NCBI GenBank assembly: GCA_963663405.2
Contig: CAXXSM010000004.1
Location: 29,450 to 93,449 of the forward strand
Source of the DNA: a bacterium
GTDB lineage: Bacteria; Hinthialibacterota; Hinthialibacteria; Hinthialibacterales; Hinthialibacteraceae
Length of the DNA: 64,000 bases
Direction: 5' to 3'
A program made the translations under genes and the position numbers. Within the stretch, counting starts at the first letter, position 1. Every line of letters starts with the position of its first letter. Positions 63,597 through 64,000 of the stretch are shown here, in pieces. The notes below the pieces were generated by a model that had not been told where the DNA came from, searched no databases, and was given only the letters and a program-made list of their open reading frames with translations.

Positions 63597-63980
63597 TTAT
63601 AGGGAATCGGATATATAACAGGAATCGCGATCGATACGGTAACAGTTCGTATCCCGCAAAAATTCCCGTTCATAAATCATCCCCAAAATATCTTCCACGC
63701 TCTTTGATAAAAACGCTTTCTTGTCCGCGAGAAAATGTTGGATCGGATCTCTCGTTTTTTCGGATTGGATCCCCTCAGTCAGCGCATCCAAGTGAGTGGG
63801 GGAGGAGACAGCGTCCGACTCAATCTCTCCAGAGTAAGCATCCGGTTGATTCAGGGACAAGGATTTAGATTGGGAATAAACCGATGAAGAAGGATTCAAA
63901 TAATCCGTTCTCGATTCCAAGCCCATATAGGGCGTATGTTGATTGTAGTTTGGTTGTCCGAAATTCACTGCTATCACCAC
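63597..63980 (-). pseudogene. 3'-truncated paralog of 44826-45422
   Basis: Near-identical N-terminal ~123 aa, ending after RDSCYIS. Confidence 0.85.
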
Positions 63981-64000
63981 TGGTGTTGTTTCTATAGAGT

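Noticed and set aside
147-63868. Numerous short antisense or alternate-frame ORFs in the track
   Set aside because: They overlap better-supported genes and lack motifs or RBSs.
1-64000. CRISPR array, cas genes, tRNA or rRNA
   Set aside because: No regularly spaced short repeats or recognisable structural RNA genes found by eye.
1-64000. Whole window being an archaeal contig
   Set aside because: ECF sigma/FecR, IS3, GGAGG sites and hairpin-U terminators indicate a bacterial host; a chimera is not formally excluded without reads.

Overview
Bacterial DNA (ECF sigma/FecR pair, pilin-like gene, IS3 element, Shine-Dalgarno sites, intrinsic terminators). Nearly the whole window after ~3.2 kb is a composite, partly decayed genomic island. 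Main result: the island core (~27.5-45.5 kb) carries archaeal-type information-processing signals. (1) An intact Orc1/Cdc6 gene (29565-30836) sits next to an AT-rich tract flanked by two inverted mini-ORB-like boxes (TTCCA-N3-GAAAT). (2) Nine BRE+TATA-like motifs (mostly CG[A/T/G]AA-NN-TTTAWAWA) were found by eye; seven lie 30-43 nt before start codons, several without a Shine-Dalgarno site, and two precede a putative leader RNA. The core also encodes a membrane protein, a HerA/VirB4-like ATPase-nuclease, a kleisin-like Zn-ribbon protein, an ssDNA-binding-like protein and ArdC. A seven-gene module (small acidic proteins, MoxR-type AAA ATPase, metallopeptidase-vWA, RAMA-like protein) occurs twice, each copy behind a structured leader that keeps its stems while the sequence changes. 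Cargo: a DUF499/DUF1156/SNF2 restriction-like system with an Hna-like helicase-nuclease nested in it, several IS elements and remnants, and large secreted multidomain proteins, one of ~2900 aa. Many single-base frameshifts, several in homopolymer runs, could be sequencing error or real decay. All family assignments come from motif recognition by eye, not database searches.
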